A stretch of DNA of 63,590 nt, filler included, from 15 parts of 15 records of this genome joined end to end with filler, not necessarily neighbours in it; one strand, 5' to 3'. Numbered from the whole stretch's first letter, positions 32,447-45,410 are shown. The notes: generated from the sequence alone by a model not told the origin. Program-made: numbers and translations.

Positions 32447-35400
32447 GCGGAGGCAGAGGCCAAGGCGGCGGCGGAGGTGGTCCAAGATGCTGATCAAGCC
32501 ACAGCGAAGCAAGACCTCGACGCGGTGCTGGAAGCAGCACAAGCCGCCGGAGTGGAGTGGATGCGGTCGAAGATTATGTACGTCGGCGACGGCCGCGCGG
32601 GCAAGTCCCACCTGCACAAGAACGTCGCGGGCGAGCCAGTCCCCGCAGGGACCGCTCTGGCGAGCACCGTCGGCATGGACACCATGACCCTGGAGTGCCG
32701 GAAAATGCAGGCCGGCGGATCCGGTGGGGCGTGGGCACAGTACAAAAAGCAGGAGGACGTCGGAGAAGTCGTGCTTGCCCTGGCGAGCGCGAGCGCCATG
32801 TACGAAGAGCGAGGAGCGCTCGCAACGACCGCCGGCAGCATCTGCGACGGCGACAGCGTTGACACGTTGCTTGCCCGCCCCCGTACCCGCGACGCAGTAG
32901 CCGCGGCCGCGGAGTGCGGCACGACCCTGGCGAATACTCGACCGCCCGGCGCGGCCGGTTCGGAGCGGCGGATACAGCAGCCGCCTCCGCCGTCTGGAAA
33001 CGAGGAGACTGTGGTCCGAACTGCGGCTTCGACCAGCGACCCGCGGCCATCTCCGGGTCCGACAGATGTTTCAGTTGCCGTGTCCGCTGAGCCCGAGCCT
33101 GCAGCGGAGCCGGACCTGCAGTCGGAGCTGGAGCCAGAGCCGGAGCCGGAGGACGCACAGCCTGCCCGTGTGCCGGCCCCGCGCGTGAGCCGCACGGAGA
33201 TGGAAGCTGTCATACGCATGATCCCGGGCTGCGCGAAAGTCCTCGACGCTCTCATCCTGGAGGGCTGGGACCTGGGAGGACAACGTGTCTTCATCACGCT
33301 CCACCACCTCTACATGACGAGGTACAGTGTCTACTGCGTGCTGTTCGACATGCGGCAGCTCGTGCCGAACGCCGACAGGCGTTTTCCTGGCGCTTTCCCT
33401 GGTGTTCCAGTCGGCGTGTCGCCTACCACGCATGCGCTGTCAGTCCTGCGGTTCTGGCTCAACTCGATCGTGGTCCACACGCGGGACGAGAGCGGCCACT
33501 GTGCGCCGCTGGTCATCGTCGGCACCCATAAAGATATGGTGCCGTCGGCGCAAGACCACCGAGCCATTTCTGAGTTGCTGCATGAAACATTTGCCACACA
33601 CCCCGCAAGGCAGAGCCTCCAGTACAACCGCGAGACGAGTGCTGATCCGCGTGATGGAGGGCAGAAAACGCTGCTTTGGTTCTATCCGCTCGACAACTTG
33701 AAAGGTCCCGCGGATCCTGTGTTCAATGCTTTCCTCAAGACTGTAGAGAATGCAGTGCGCGAAGAGGACTATGTACACCGCCGCGTGCCTATTCCATGGT
33801 ACCGGATGTATGATGCGCTGCAAGGCGTGCTTGCCGCGAAGCGGCCCACACTGCCCTTCGCGCGAGCGGTTGAGCTCGCACGCGAGGCAGGGCTCCCGGT
33901 CTCCCCGACTCTCACTGTCGAACAAGAGCTGCGAGCGGAGCTTCGGTTTCTGCACCAGCTGGGCGTCTTGATGTACTTTGATGAGCCCGGTCTCGACGAC
34001 ATCATCGTCCTCGATCCTCAGTGGCTGGTGACAGCGGCAACCAAAATCATCTGCGAGTTCAGCATCCATGTTTTGCCTGAGCACGAGGCTGCCATAAAAC
34101 AAATGCCCAGGAGATGGAACGCGCTGGAGAAGCGTGCCGAGCTGAACACCGAGTTGCTGGCGCCTCTCTGGGCAGATCATGACGAAGATGCGAAGCGGCA
34201 GCTTCTGCAGCTCATGACGAAGTTCGGGCTCATCACACCACAGCGAGACCGCTCAGTCTTCCTGGTGCCGTCACTGCTACGAGACGCCAATTGCGACGCG
34301 CTGTACACCCAGGCTGCCGCTGCATGCGCCGCCAACGGCTCAAAGCACACGGCATACTTCGTCTTCTGCCTGCGCGATCACCAAGGCAAGGCTCTCATTG
34401 GCGACGATGCGCCGTGTAGCATGGAACAATTGGTTGAGGATGGATTCTTGCCGCACGGGCTCTATCCACGTGTGGTCGGCAAGTGCGTCGCTTGGTCACA
34501 GAGCACACACGGAGTGGCTCCAGTGCTCAGCAGCAGCACTTGCATCTTTGCATTCGGTGGTGACCGCTTCATGCTGAACGAATTGCCAGACAGAAATGCG
34601 ATTCGGCTCGTGCTGTTCCAAGACAACGTGGTGGCATGTGAGCGTGTGGCGGCGCTGATCAAAGATGCTCTCGCAGAGTGCATGCCACATCTCTGTTACC
34701 AGATCATGCTTCCGGCACCGGCTCTCGATCCGACTGCTGTGGACGCGACTGGTTACCCCCCCCGCGACGACGGATACATGGTCCCGCTCGAGCTGATTCG
34801 TGTCGCAGCCAGCACTGAAGGGAGCGCTAGCGGGCTATGGACCGGGCACAAACACTCGCTGCAACACGAGCTGCAGTCAGAGTATTCGCTGTGGCTTCCT
34901 TCTGTCGGGAAGCTCCAGAGTTACGATATCATGCTCAGCTACCGCCATAGTGCCAAGCTTGACACCGAGTGCGTGCTTAAGGTCACCGATGGCTGCGGCA
35001 GCGGCACGCCTGACTTTCTGTTCGGCAATAGCCGGCGGCGGCTGCATGTGTTCCTGGACAGGATTCGACTCTCGATGGGCGCCCCTTTTATTAAGGACAT
35101 CATGGAGGCCATGCTACACTCGCGTGTGGTTTGCCCCGTCATCTCTGCCGCTGCGACCGAACGGATGGAGGGCATGGTGCCACCAGCGCAGAGCAGCAAA
35201 GTCGTACTTCTCAGCTCGTCGCCTGGCGTGGACATTCAAACGCCACCACGGAATGTGATGCAGACTCTAGAGGACCTGTGCAAGAGCAAGACGGGAATCT
35301 ACATGGGCTACGACTGGAAGGGCTCGACGTCTGCCAGCCCCGAGGACGAGGACGAGGCCCGCAAGAAGAAGGGTATGCCACCTATTGACTGGTCCTGCAA

Positions 35401-36673
35401 CGAGGAAGGCAACCCCGCCAGCGTCGATACCTCACAGTGGTGCGTGAGCTTCAAGTCCAAGATCAAGTCGCAGCTCGTGCTCTTCGCCCAGATGCCAGGC
35501 ACGACGGAGATTGAGTGCGACACGATTGACGGCGGCCCCATTTCTCAGCTCGAATTGCGGATCATGCCACAGCTGTTGGAGGAGGCAACACTCGATATGC
35601 AATCCAAAAACCTGCCGGTGCCCAAAATGTACATCAAGCGGCGCCACACCGTCGACGAGTTCGTGGCAGAGTACGGCTCGCCGGCGGATATCCAAGCCTT
35701 CGAGGCGCGCTATCACACGAAGATCAATTGGCCGCGACAGGCTGCTGAGAAGAGTCGCGGTAGCAGCAGCACAGGCGCGTTGGACCTGCTGCTGGTGGAG
35801 TGGGTGCTGGCGATAGAGCTGGAGCGGCTTGGACGCGTGCTTACCGTGCTGCCGATTCTGATCGGCGAGAGGACAGGTGCGTGCTGTTAGTCGTAGTTAG
35901 CTATTTGCGACACACTTGCTGGTTTGTCTCGAGAATATGGCGTAGGATTTCAGCTATTTTGTTTGTTTGATGGCGCAGGTACTGGTGGCATGCTCAATTT
36001 CTTTGCCCTCGATGCCAATGGCAAGACCATCCTTCAGCGCCTGCCAGACATCGTGCCCACCAATGAGATTCAGGTCGTCCATAAGTTTCTGCTGGAGCAT
36101 GGACTCACGCCTTCCCCCGAGCTGTCGACACGAACTGTCCGCGAGGTGGTCGAACTTTTGACAGACAAGTTTCTATGCGTCCACACGTGGGACCTGTGCG
36201 GGGATGGGCAACTCGACCTGCATGGTGCTCAGGTCAGTGCACCAAACCCCGCTGTGGCCACAAACTCAGCCACTGGTGAGATGTACATGTTCGAGCAGTG
36301 CACTTTGCAAGTGGCCAAGGCCACAACGGACACCCTGGCACGCCGACCCGAGGTGGCGGAGGGCAGTGCTACCACTAGCCAACCAGCCACCACTACTCCT
36401 GAAAGTGGACAACCTGGGACACCCGCGGAACCACCAGGTCCACCAGAAGGTGTGCCACCCACGCAGTCCTCTGGCGTAAACACTTGGAGCAAGGAGCAGC
36501 TTGTCGCATGGCTACGTGACGTGCAGAAGCTCGGAGATGTGGCTGACAAGGCAGCGGAAGAAGGTGTGGACGGTGCGACGGCTTTGGTTATGGACAAGGA
36601 CGATTGGAAAGAGCTAGGGGCGTCCGGGGTGAAGGCTTCGAAAATTATCGCCCAGTTGGGCAAGCTTGTGTAA
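32447..36673 (+). CDS. Roco-family protein: Roc GTPase, COR, TIR-like and SAM domains; 5'-truncated, one intron (about 35877-35978)
   Basis: G1 VGDGRAGKS, STVGMD, G3 WDLGGQ, G4 VGTHKD; COR LRFLHQLGVLMYF..IVLDPQWL; TIR YDIMLSYRH..VFLDRIRL..DLLLVEWVLAIEL..VLPILIG; SAM VNTWSKEQLVAWL..GVDGATAL..DWKELG. Confidence 0.85.
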
Positions 36674-37737
36674 AACAATGGAGTAAGTACTGAGGAGTAA
36701 GTACTGAGTTCGTGTGATTCTCTACAACATCAGATATAGGCAGCCATTGGCTATTCTGTCTCACTTCGGCTGCCACTACCACCTTCGGTGCTTTCAGCTC
36801 TCTGCTTGCCTGCTAAAGTGGTACATAGTTCGGCAGTTGGTGCCAACTGGTGGGCGCGACCTCGATAGGAATCCTGCAAAATCGCCAAGGAGAATAATGC
36901 AGCTCTTTGCGAAGGATCGGATGTGGGAGTAGGACAGCAACAATGCAGCAGTCGAGAGGCGGGGTCATCCCACAAACTTTGTCGGATCTTCTATACCAGT
37001 ACAGTAGTCGATATAGAAGAAAGAAGATCCGACAAAGAAGCCCGAATGGGAGGGTTCGCTAATCTGTAATCAAGGCCAAGCTGTAATGTGTAANNNNNNN
37101 NNNNNNNNNNNNNNNNNNNNNNNNNNNNNNNNNNNNNTTAATTAATTAANNNNNNNNNNNNNNNNNNNNNNNNNNNNNNNNNNNNNNNNNNNNACACACA
37201 AGAAAAGGGCTGACGCGACACCCTCGCGAAAACATCCCCTAAGGTCGAATGGAGCTTAGATCGGTTCATCACCTGAGGAGGCGAGTCCAAACTGCTGAAG
37301 TCGCGCCTGACGCATTTCCTCCTCAGTGGGCTCAGAGGAGGCTGGGAGTGTGCTGTCCACTGCCACTGCTGGCTCCAGCTCATCGTGTGTGGGGACTCGG
37401 GCACGGTCCTGCTCAGCCACCTCAGCGTATTCGCGGTCGTGGTCGGCAACCAGTTGCATAGCTGCAACTTGAGACGGGGTGAGGGGTGGTGCTGGTGCCA
37501 CTTCCACTGGCCACAAAAATGCGTAACCATTTGTGCCGCCAGATAGATCGCGTGCTGGCGTATGAATAGTAGGAATTCCGATAATGCAATAATGCTATCT
37601 GGATATTCAGTTTAGATAGTAGGAATTCCAATTCATATTCGAATAGTATACTATCAGTAGTGTACTGTACAGCTGTACACACTGCGCTGAGCCTTGAGCG
37701 CGCCGGTGGCCACAGCACAGCAGCGATCGATTGCCAG

Positions 37738-37862
37738 AGCTGAGCGCCGTGCTGAGCGCCGTGCTGTGCGCTAGAGCTGAGCGCTAGAGCTGAGCGCCGT
37801 GCTGTGCACCAGAGCTGAGCGCCAGAGCTGAGCGCCAGAGCTGAGCGCCGTGCTGAGCTGGC
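37738..37862 (+). repeat. 12-bp minisatellite (GCTGAGCGCC-GT/AGA)n upstream of APC5
   Basis: About ten imperfect tandem copies visible. Confidence 0.85.
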
Positions 37863-37932
37863 TGGCTGGCTGGCCACTGTGAGCACGAGGCGCCGTCCGC
37901 CGTCGCGCTCAGTGTGGGGATTGACGAGCCTG

Positions 37933-40900
37933 ATGCTGGACCCGATCTCGTTTCTGACGCCGCACAAAGTGACGCTGTGTGTGCTGGTGCGGCTCTCTGT
38001 GCAGCATGACGACGTCAGCGACTCGGAGGGGGAGCGCCAGAGCTGGCTGGAGCTCGCGCTGTACCTGGTGGAGGAGGTGCGCTCCTCCGCGCAGTACTTC
38101 GAGAAGTCGCTCGATGATGTGCTGCTCGATCTGGCCGAAATCGACGGAGATGGGGTGGTCGCGCAGAGCCTGACGGACGAGCTCGACAAGATGGACTCGC
38201 CTGATGCGCTCTTCTCATTCGTGCAGGTGTCCGTCAAGGAGGTGATTGGCGACGCCTCTCCGGTCGAACGTAACTCGGTGTTCGACGTATTTATCCGCAA
38301 AGTAATGTTGAGCTTCCACTCGATGCCTTTCGAGCGCTTCGCGGCACTGTACACCGACCTGTCGGCGTATAATCAGGCAGCAAAGGAGGTTGGTATGGAG
38401 GAGGACGGTCAGGAAGTGGAGCGACCGCCGCCGCTCTCCGTGGACGATCTCCACGCGCACGTGCACCGCGAAGCACGCTTGCTCGAGGCGTCAACCGAGC
38501 CGTTGGCGCTTGATCATCTTGAGACAGACATCAAGGCGATGATGTGCGTCACTGGCCCCTCTCGTCTGGCTCTGTTCTGTTCTGCTGAGTTCTGCTCTGT
38601 TCTGTCTCGTGCCACAGGCGTCTGGCCGAAAAGGTCCCCAAAGTACTCTACCTTCGCTTTCTCCGGGCAATGCACAGCCGTGATTTCGCCCAGGCTCTGG
38701 ACGATCTGCACCGGTACTTTGACATGTTTGCTACAGGAGGCATTAACGTGCAGTACGCTGCGCTCAACCTCGCTGCGCTCCACCTGCACTTTGGTCACCT
38801 GGAGGAGGCGATGCATGCCATCAACGAGACCGTACGGGTAGCGCAGCAGTCAAATGATGCGACCGCTCTAGCGTTCGCTGTGGCGTGGCTTTTACGCGTG
38901 GTCCAGGCGCAGAACGGTACCCGCACGACGCGCAGAACTGCGAGCCATGACGCAAAGGAGGAGGAGCGCATGCTCAGGCGGTGCTTCTCTTGTGCAAGTG
39001 AGGAAGAGCTACCACACCTGGTACGACCGATTATCGACTGTTTGATATGCTGCGATATGTCTGGGCTGGTTGTTCGTGCCTCGATCCACAACTGTGCGTC
39101 GCGTCTCATGCCAAAGTGTGCTGCGTGTGCTCGAACCCCCATAGGCGTGTATCACTGCGCTTGCTAGTGGCAGGCATGTTCTCACGGTCGGGGTACCAGG
39201 GCCCACCGGTAACCAGGCTGGAACAGAGGGTGATGCAGTGGAGGTGACGATGGCAGCTCTGCCAGCTGCGGCCTGGGCATGTCAGGCGGCTGCTCGTCAC
39301 CATGCTCGACTAGCGCTGCAAACGGCTCAGTCGCTACCAGCAGCAGAAGGCGATTTTTCATTGGCAGGTTTATCAACGGCAGGCAGTCGGCACGGCGCCT
39401 CGGCAAATGGTTTTACTGTGGCGCTATGGCACCACCTCGGGCACACTACCCTGGCGCATGCTATGGCCTCGCTCCAGCTGTCGCACTACTCTGACGACGG
39501 TCTTCGACAAGACACAGTTAGTGCTGCATGCTTAGTCGCTACCCAGTCTGCCGCGCGTGCGGAGTTTGGCAAATGTTTTGCAATGCTGAGGGAGGCGTTT
39601 ACGATTCTACCCGCACCAGAAGCGCTAGTGCCTCGAACTGTGCTTTCGGTGATGCATGCGCGATCACTTGCGAGATCAGACCTTGGCATGGCGAGTGCAG
39701 CGGTCGGCGAGCTCCTCGCCCTGTCAGCATCCTCTGTGAACGCACCGCATGCTGCGGAAGCCCTCGTCGCTCAAGCTCAAGTGCGGAATTCTTCTTGATA
39801 CCGAGGCATATTTCCTTTGTTTTTCCTTCTTGCAGTTCACACGCAGCGAGATTGCCGTTGCTTCGTACTTGATTGCTGACGTTGTTTCTCTTCGAACACC
39901 GCGCCCCACAGGTGACGCTGGAGGCGAACAAGCTGCAGCTGGCCTTCAGGCAAGCAACGGAGCTCTTGCACCTTCACCGCTGCCGAGGACAGACTGCGGA
40001 GCTCGTGCCAGTGCTGCTGCTCTTGGGCGAGCTGCATCAACATGCCGATTCGCCAGTCGCAGCTCTCCCACATGTACTCTCCTGCCTCAGCCTGTGTGAC
40101 GTCTTCTCGATGGAACTCTACCGATGTGAGCAACAGGCACCTTGCTGCTAGTATGCGAATGCGTTTTAAAGTGTGAGCGCGTGTGTGTGTTTGTGTCTCA
40201 TGACTGTGCAGGCTATGCGATCGTCATGCTGGCGGAAATTCAACTGAGGCTTGGCGCTGCAAGTGCCGGGTTACAGCTGCTGCATGAGTCCCTGCCACTG
40301 CTCTTGGAGCAGGCTCCATATGCACTTCAGGCACATGCCCTTCTAGTGCTAGGAAATGCGCGCCTTTCCCTGGCGAGCCAGGCTGTCCAAGAGGTGGACG
40401 CCCAGGCGAGGGTGGCGGCGGCAGCGGAGGCCCTGGAGCATTCGTTGAAGATCTTTCTGCTGATTGAAGCCTACCGACGCGCAAAGGAGGTCCGTGGACT
40501 AGGGAATAGACAAAGCAGCACGTCCCCACACAGACCAGATAGCCATGCGGCGCACACATGGACCAATGTTGCGAGTTGTGAAACGATTTCCGAGCGAATA
40601 CTAAGCAACTGCTGCTGCTTGGACTGATTGGAGTAGGTTGCATACCTGCTCGCCCGAGCGTACCACAGCCTCATGACATCTAAGGCGACCGTTGAGAGTG
40701 GTGTGATGCCAGTGATTAACGGAAAGAAATTGAGTCTGGATGATGTGCGCAACGCTCGGAACCGAAATGCTGCAGAGGTGCGATCACTTGCTGCTATCTT
40801 GCAGACGACCCGTGATGCGGATGGCAAGCGCGCCGCAGCCGCAGCAGCGGCCGTCGCGGCGGCGCAGGCAATAGCAAGGGATGAAGATGATAGCTCGCTG

Positions 40901-41089
40901 AGCGGTAGCGAACGTCGGGCAAGCAGCGCCAGTGCGCTGGACGTCGGCGCGTTAGAGGCTCAGGGAGGCCCATCTCACGTCCGTGGAGTGTGCGAGTTCC
41001 TGCTGGGAAACAACCAACATGTTGATGACTCCTTGGATGGAGAGAGTTGGATCAGCGCTGCATCGAATGAGATGTCCATGATGGGGTGA
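37933..41089 (+). CDS. APC5: Anaphase-promoting complex subunit 5; multi-exon
   Basis: FLTPHKVTLCVLV, NSVFDVFIRKVMLSFHSMPF, ALDDLHRYFD..QYAALNLAALHLHFGHLEEAMHAINETVRVAQQSND, ALPHVLSCLSLC; ORF pieces join through GT-AG introns. Confidence 0.9.
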
Positions 41090-41271
41090 AGAAAGCTGAG
41101 ACACTACGTATTGGTTGAAGGCTGGGCTTCTGTCAGAGTGGCACAATGGAATTTGAACAGCGGTGCTCACAATCATACGCAGTCAGTGCCATTTTTCCGA
41201 ACAACTGTTCGAGCACGATAATTATCGCTCCCCTCAGATGGTTGTGCCCACTTTAGACAGAGGGATAGCCA

Positions 41272-42003
41272 TCAGAGCTGGTACGATTGCAATCGCTCAG
41301 ACCACTCGACCAGCTGCTTTCTAAGTCTCTCTCGTTCTCCAAAAGGAACTGCTGGATGCCAGACGTCTAAGATCAATACCAGTCGCACGGCGTCTTCGTC
41401 TCCCGCCGCTGGAGTCGCAACGACCTCGTGCCGAAAGGAATCGTCAAAAATTAGGGGCACACCAGCCTCCCACCGACGCGTTTGGTCGGCGACTGTCAGC
41501 TCATACCGCCCAGGTGGGACTAGCAATGGGAAGTGTAACCGCAGGCGCGCGTTCGTTGGTCCACAATGCGGCCAAATGTGCGTTGAACCACGCAGAGCTG
41601 AAAGCCGGGCCAGCTGGATGTCGACGCCATTCTTCGTCTCGCCATGTGTAGCAGAGGTCAGCGCATGGTGCCTTCGCAGTACCTCGCAAAGCTTCGGCAG
41701 CAACGGCCTGAGGCTGCCACCGTCGCCGCAGAGCACCGAGTCTAATACTCCGCCACCCATCGGCACGAGACCGGCTTCGGTCCACTCCCCACCGTCATGC
41801 ACACCCTCTTGATTACGCTTGAAGCAGCCTTCGTTAATGCCTCCCGCCGAATTCGTGTCACAGTCCCGTGAGCTCAACAGGGCGGTCCCTTCGGTCTGCA
41901 GCAAAGACAGATTGATAACTAGGTCTTCCACCAAAAGCTGTAACTGTTCCGATACCGATGACGCTGAAGTCCACCACGGTGTCGTTTCCATACCGGAGTA
42001 CGC
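41272..42003 (-). CDS. Aspartyl/asparaginyl beta-hydroxylase-like 2OG-Fe(II) oxygenase, C-terminal exon; 5'-partial
   Basis: STHIWPHCGPTNARLRLHFPL, WEAGVPLIFDDSFRHEV, RLVLILDVWHP. Confidence 0.9.
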   Translation of the reverse strand, partial: AYSGMETTPWWTSASSVSEQLQLLVEDLVINLSLLQTEGTALLSSRDCDTNSAGGINEGCFKRNQEGVHDGGEWTEAGLVPMGGGVLDSVLCGDGGSLRPLLPKLCEVLRRHHALTSATHGETKNGVDIQLARLSALRGSTHIWPHCGPTNARLRLHFPLLVPPGRYELTVADQTRRWEAGVPLIFDDSFRHEVVATPAAGDEDAVRLVLILDVWHPAVPFGERERLRKQLVEWSERLQSYQL

Positions 42004-42199
42004 TGCAGCAAAGTGCAGAAAAACAGCGACAGTCAAGTCAAACAGCAGTCAAGTCAAGCAGTAGCAGCAAGCAGCAGCAAGCAGCAGCAGCAGCAGCAGN
42101 NNNNNNNNNNNNNNNNNNNNNNNNNNNNNNNNNNNNNNNNNNNTTAATTAATTAANNNNNNNNNNNNNNNNNNNNNNNNNNNNNNNNNNNNNNNNNNNN

Positions 42200-45197
42200 G
42201 CGCAGTCGCATCGTGGCACGCATCGCGTCGAAGTGTTCATAGTAGGTCCAGACGTATCGATCACATGCTGGCTCACAGTGGGTCCTGCGTGAACCAGTCC
42301 AACACGCCAGTTTCAAAGCAGTCACACGCTGACTCGAAAACAATTCTGCGCGGAAAGAAGGCTGGTTTGAAATTGTGGTTGGCACTCACCGCAAGATCGG
42401 AGAGAATGTCCCGAACTGCAGCCACCTCAAAAGCATCTCCGAACCCGTGGAGTTGTTCGGGTTTTCGTCGCCAGGGTATAGTTTTGGCACGGTGCCTGGG
42501 ACAGGCTCGTAGCCTGAATATCCTCCGTTGTGATTGCCACCAATGTCATGACTCCACCTAAATATTCAAAAACGGTTGACATCGATTCAAATTTAAGTGC
42601 TCTGTCGATTCAAGTTTATCAAATATTCCCCACAACACGATTCATGGCCTCTCGACGGATACAGATTTGAGAACATGAATCTCAACGAGCAACGAGCAAA
42701 AACGGAAGAGGCTCATTCTAACGCAACTCACCAGCCAAACAGCACGTTCGAAGAGGTCGGCGTCATAACAGCTTGGAACTCAAGCGTGCCATAAGACTCA
42801 AATGTGTCGCCAGAGAATCCAAGTCCATCACGCTGCTGCCCAAGGCCGCCATAACGTGCAAGGATTACTGGACGCTCGCCCAAACTGCGTTTGTGCTCTG
42901 CGAACATCCTGTTCGACCACTGAAGCGACGCTGCCTCTTGTTGTGACCAACCACTAATTTCGGAGGCACCTCCGGGATAGTCCAGCCACCAGTAGTCGGC
43001 TGTGCCTTTGAGAGGTTCGGCGTTGACAATATATTTGAAGAAATTGTTGACGTAGCTGACGTTGTCCATGGTACAGTTGATGGTCCAGTTAGCCGCAATG
43101 CGCGCGTCTGAATAACCCATAGCCTTCGCCATCATAGGATACTGCTCTTGGCAGTGATCGATTCCATTTTGCATGTGAACGCTCAGGATCATCTTGATCC
43201 CTTCACTGTGCACCTTGTCGAAGAAGCGCTTCGGATTGGGAAATAGCGTCCTATTGAAAGTGAAGCCGTCCCATCCGTTGCATCCACGACCAGGTGGTGC
43301 TGTGCCCTTCTTGTCCGGCCCAAGATCCGAGATTGCGTAGTCAATGTTGTGCCATGGCACATCCAGAACGCCCACTGACAGGGGTATTCCATACTTGGTG
43401 TAGTTCTCGATGATTGTGCCTTCATATGTGTCTTCACCGTACGGATAATATCGCGAATACCAGATACCAAGAGCACTCAAAGGAGGCAGTGACGGAGCAC
43501 CGCCAACTGACGCCCAGTCTCCAAGAGCTTGAGTATACTCCAGGCCAGATGCAAGCAGGTATAGATCTTCCATATCGACGTGGTTGTCTGCCCGTGTAGA
43601 GGGCGGGTCAAACCACTGGAACGAAGATGAGCCAGGCGGCGGAGTGGGTGCAAGTCGAGTGGCGTTCGTGTCGTTGACAATCACGAAGCCGTTTCTAGAT
43701 ACCAGTCCCTGACCCCAGACTTGATGGTACTGCTGCACGCAGTCCGGTGGATGCGAGTAACAATCAAGCCCACCTTCGAATGAGGGACCTGTGGCACACA
43801 AAGAGACCCGTGGCATGCAAGTATATGGGTCAACTGGCGCCGATCTTAATTTTCATGGCGTAAATAGTGGAGCAGCTGCGCGCACCGTGGTTCATCGTCC
43901 CGTTGAGATTGGCAGGCTCTGGCATGATGCGGGCGACAGAGCTAGGCCGCATGTCTGGAGGAGAGGAGTCATGGCCCGAAGTCCATGTGCTGTGTGGTGC
44001 AACAAGCAGTCTGACTTGAACTTCACCTCGCGAGAATCCGTTGTCACACTTTTGATTGTTACTTCGGTGTGTAAGCTGCAGTGCATCCGTCGTAACTACG
44101 GTGGTCGAACCGTTCTTTGCGACATGAAAAGCAGGAACAGGTAATTTGCGGTTGATCACAGCAAATGAGGCACGGTCGTCAAACTTCCCACTCGTACTGT
44201 ACTCCATGCGTACCAGGCGCGTAGTGAGAATTGAGAATCGTGCACAACCGCTTTTTACCATGACACTTGGATCGGCGGCAGGATCACTGTGTGAGGACAC
44301 ACTTCCGAGCATAGAAGACATGGTCTCATCGTCTGCTTTCAACGGTGCGATGAACGGCACCTGACGTGATAGCTTCAACCCACCTTTGCCATCCAGCTCA
44401 TACTCAGAGTTCGGTTTGACTTGGCCTTTCGTCAGCGTTCCATCGACCGAAAGCGTCAAATCGATCGACACGGATGAGATGCCCACAACGCCGACAACAG
44501 TGTTGTGCTCTGTAGCAGTCAGCACTCGCACGCCTCTGGTAGCGGTGAACAGCTTTTTGCCATCACATGATCCGCTGAACTCAGATTTCTGAGCCGCCAT
44601 GGTGAACACATGTTGTCCCAAAGTCTGCGTAAAAGTAGACGTCGCAAGTTTACGACCTACGATGGATGCATCAGACCACAGCAGCACGCCATCCTCCGCT
44701 CGCGGTTTGATGCCACGGGCGTACGTGTTATACTCAAGCACAGACAACAACGCAGGACCGTAGCAGTCGCCAGGGCCTGGTGCCGCAGAAGGGGTGCCGT
44801 TGAAGGGTGCTGGGTTCCACTGCTGGGGAAACCGATAGCCCGGTGTTTTTTCCACGGCGTCCTGCAGCTTGGCCCCGAGCAGTGTGACCTCTGTGTGGTA
44901 TCCATAGTTTTCGAGGGCTCGAACCGCCCGTTGGTATGTTAGACCCTCCGATGGTCCGCTCCAGCTGTTGCGCGGAAGACCTGGACGGAACTTCGGGTCA
45001 TTTGCTGCAATAGAAGGCAAAGGAAAAGGCGTCCAAAACTCCGAAGTATTCCGTAGATGTCTAGCAACGAACGTGTCCGCCATTTGCTGGCTGAAGACAC
45101 CATGCCACATCGCACGCAGATTATTGTGCACAAGGACATCAATCACTTGATCATTTCCATCAATGTCGTAACAAGCACCTTTCTCTTCGACCCACAA
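42200..45197 (-). CDS. Glycosidase fusion: C-terminal part of a GH63/MGH1-like (alpha/alpha)6 domain in frame with a GH31 alpha-glycosidase; partial at both ends
   Basis: EFWTPFPLPSIAANDPKF..NSWSGPSEGLTYQRAVRALENYG (MGH1-like); then ARFSILTTRLVRMEYS, LGIWYSRYYPY, LDVPWH, WWLDY, GFSGDT, WSHDIGG, LRWLQFGTFSPILRTH (GH31). Three GT-AG introns keep the frame. Confidence 0.85.
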
Positions 45198-45410
45198 GAC
45201 GCGATGCGTGCCACGATGCGACTGCGCNNNNNNNNNNNNNNNNNNNNNNNNNNNNNNNNNNNNNNNNNNNNTTAATTAATTAANNNNNNNNNNNNNNNNN
45301 NNNNNNNNNNNNNNNNNNNNNNNNNNNCGAAGATAGCTGCGTGGAGGCGGACGAAGAAAGCTGCGTGGAGGTTGACGGCCCCCGCGGCTGTGCGCGGAGA
45401 GCAGCGAGCG

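Noticed and set aside
37256-37516. Short ORF with DREYAE..DRAR and EEMRQARLQQF (UBX-coil/VCP-interaction-like)
   Set aside because: No in-frame ATG or clear splice acceptor and too short to assign; may be a gene fragment.
10681-42099. (CAG)n/(GCA)n and (CCG)n runs at many contig ends
   Set aside because: Ordinary microsatellites that explain assembly breaks.
42200-45227. Exact 30-bp terminal inverted repeats (42200-42229 and 45198-45227) suggesting a transposon carrying glycosidases
   Set aside because: The left copy is ordinary GH31 coding sequence (..EHF-DAMRATMRLR), while the right copy abruptly replaces the MGH1-like frame. There is no transposase, and the flanks are missing so no target-site duplication can be seen. 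An inverted MDA chimera or assembly-graph artefact is more likely; read mapping would settle it.
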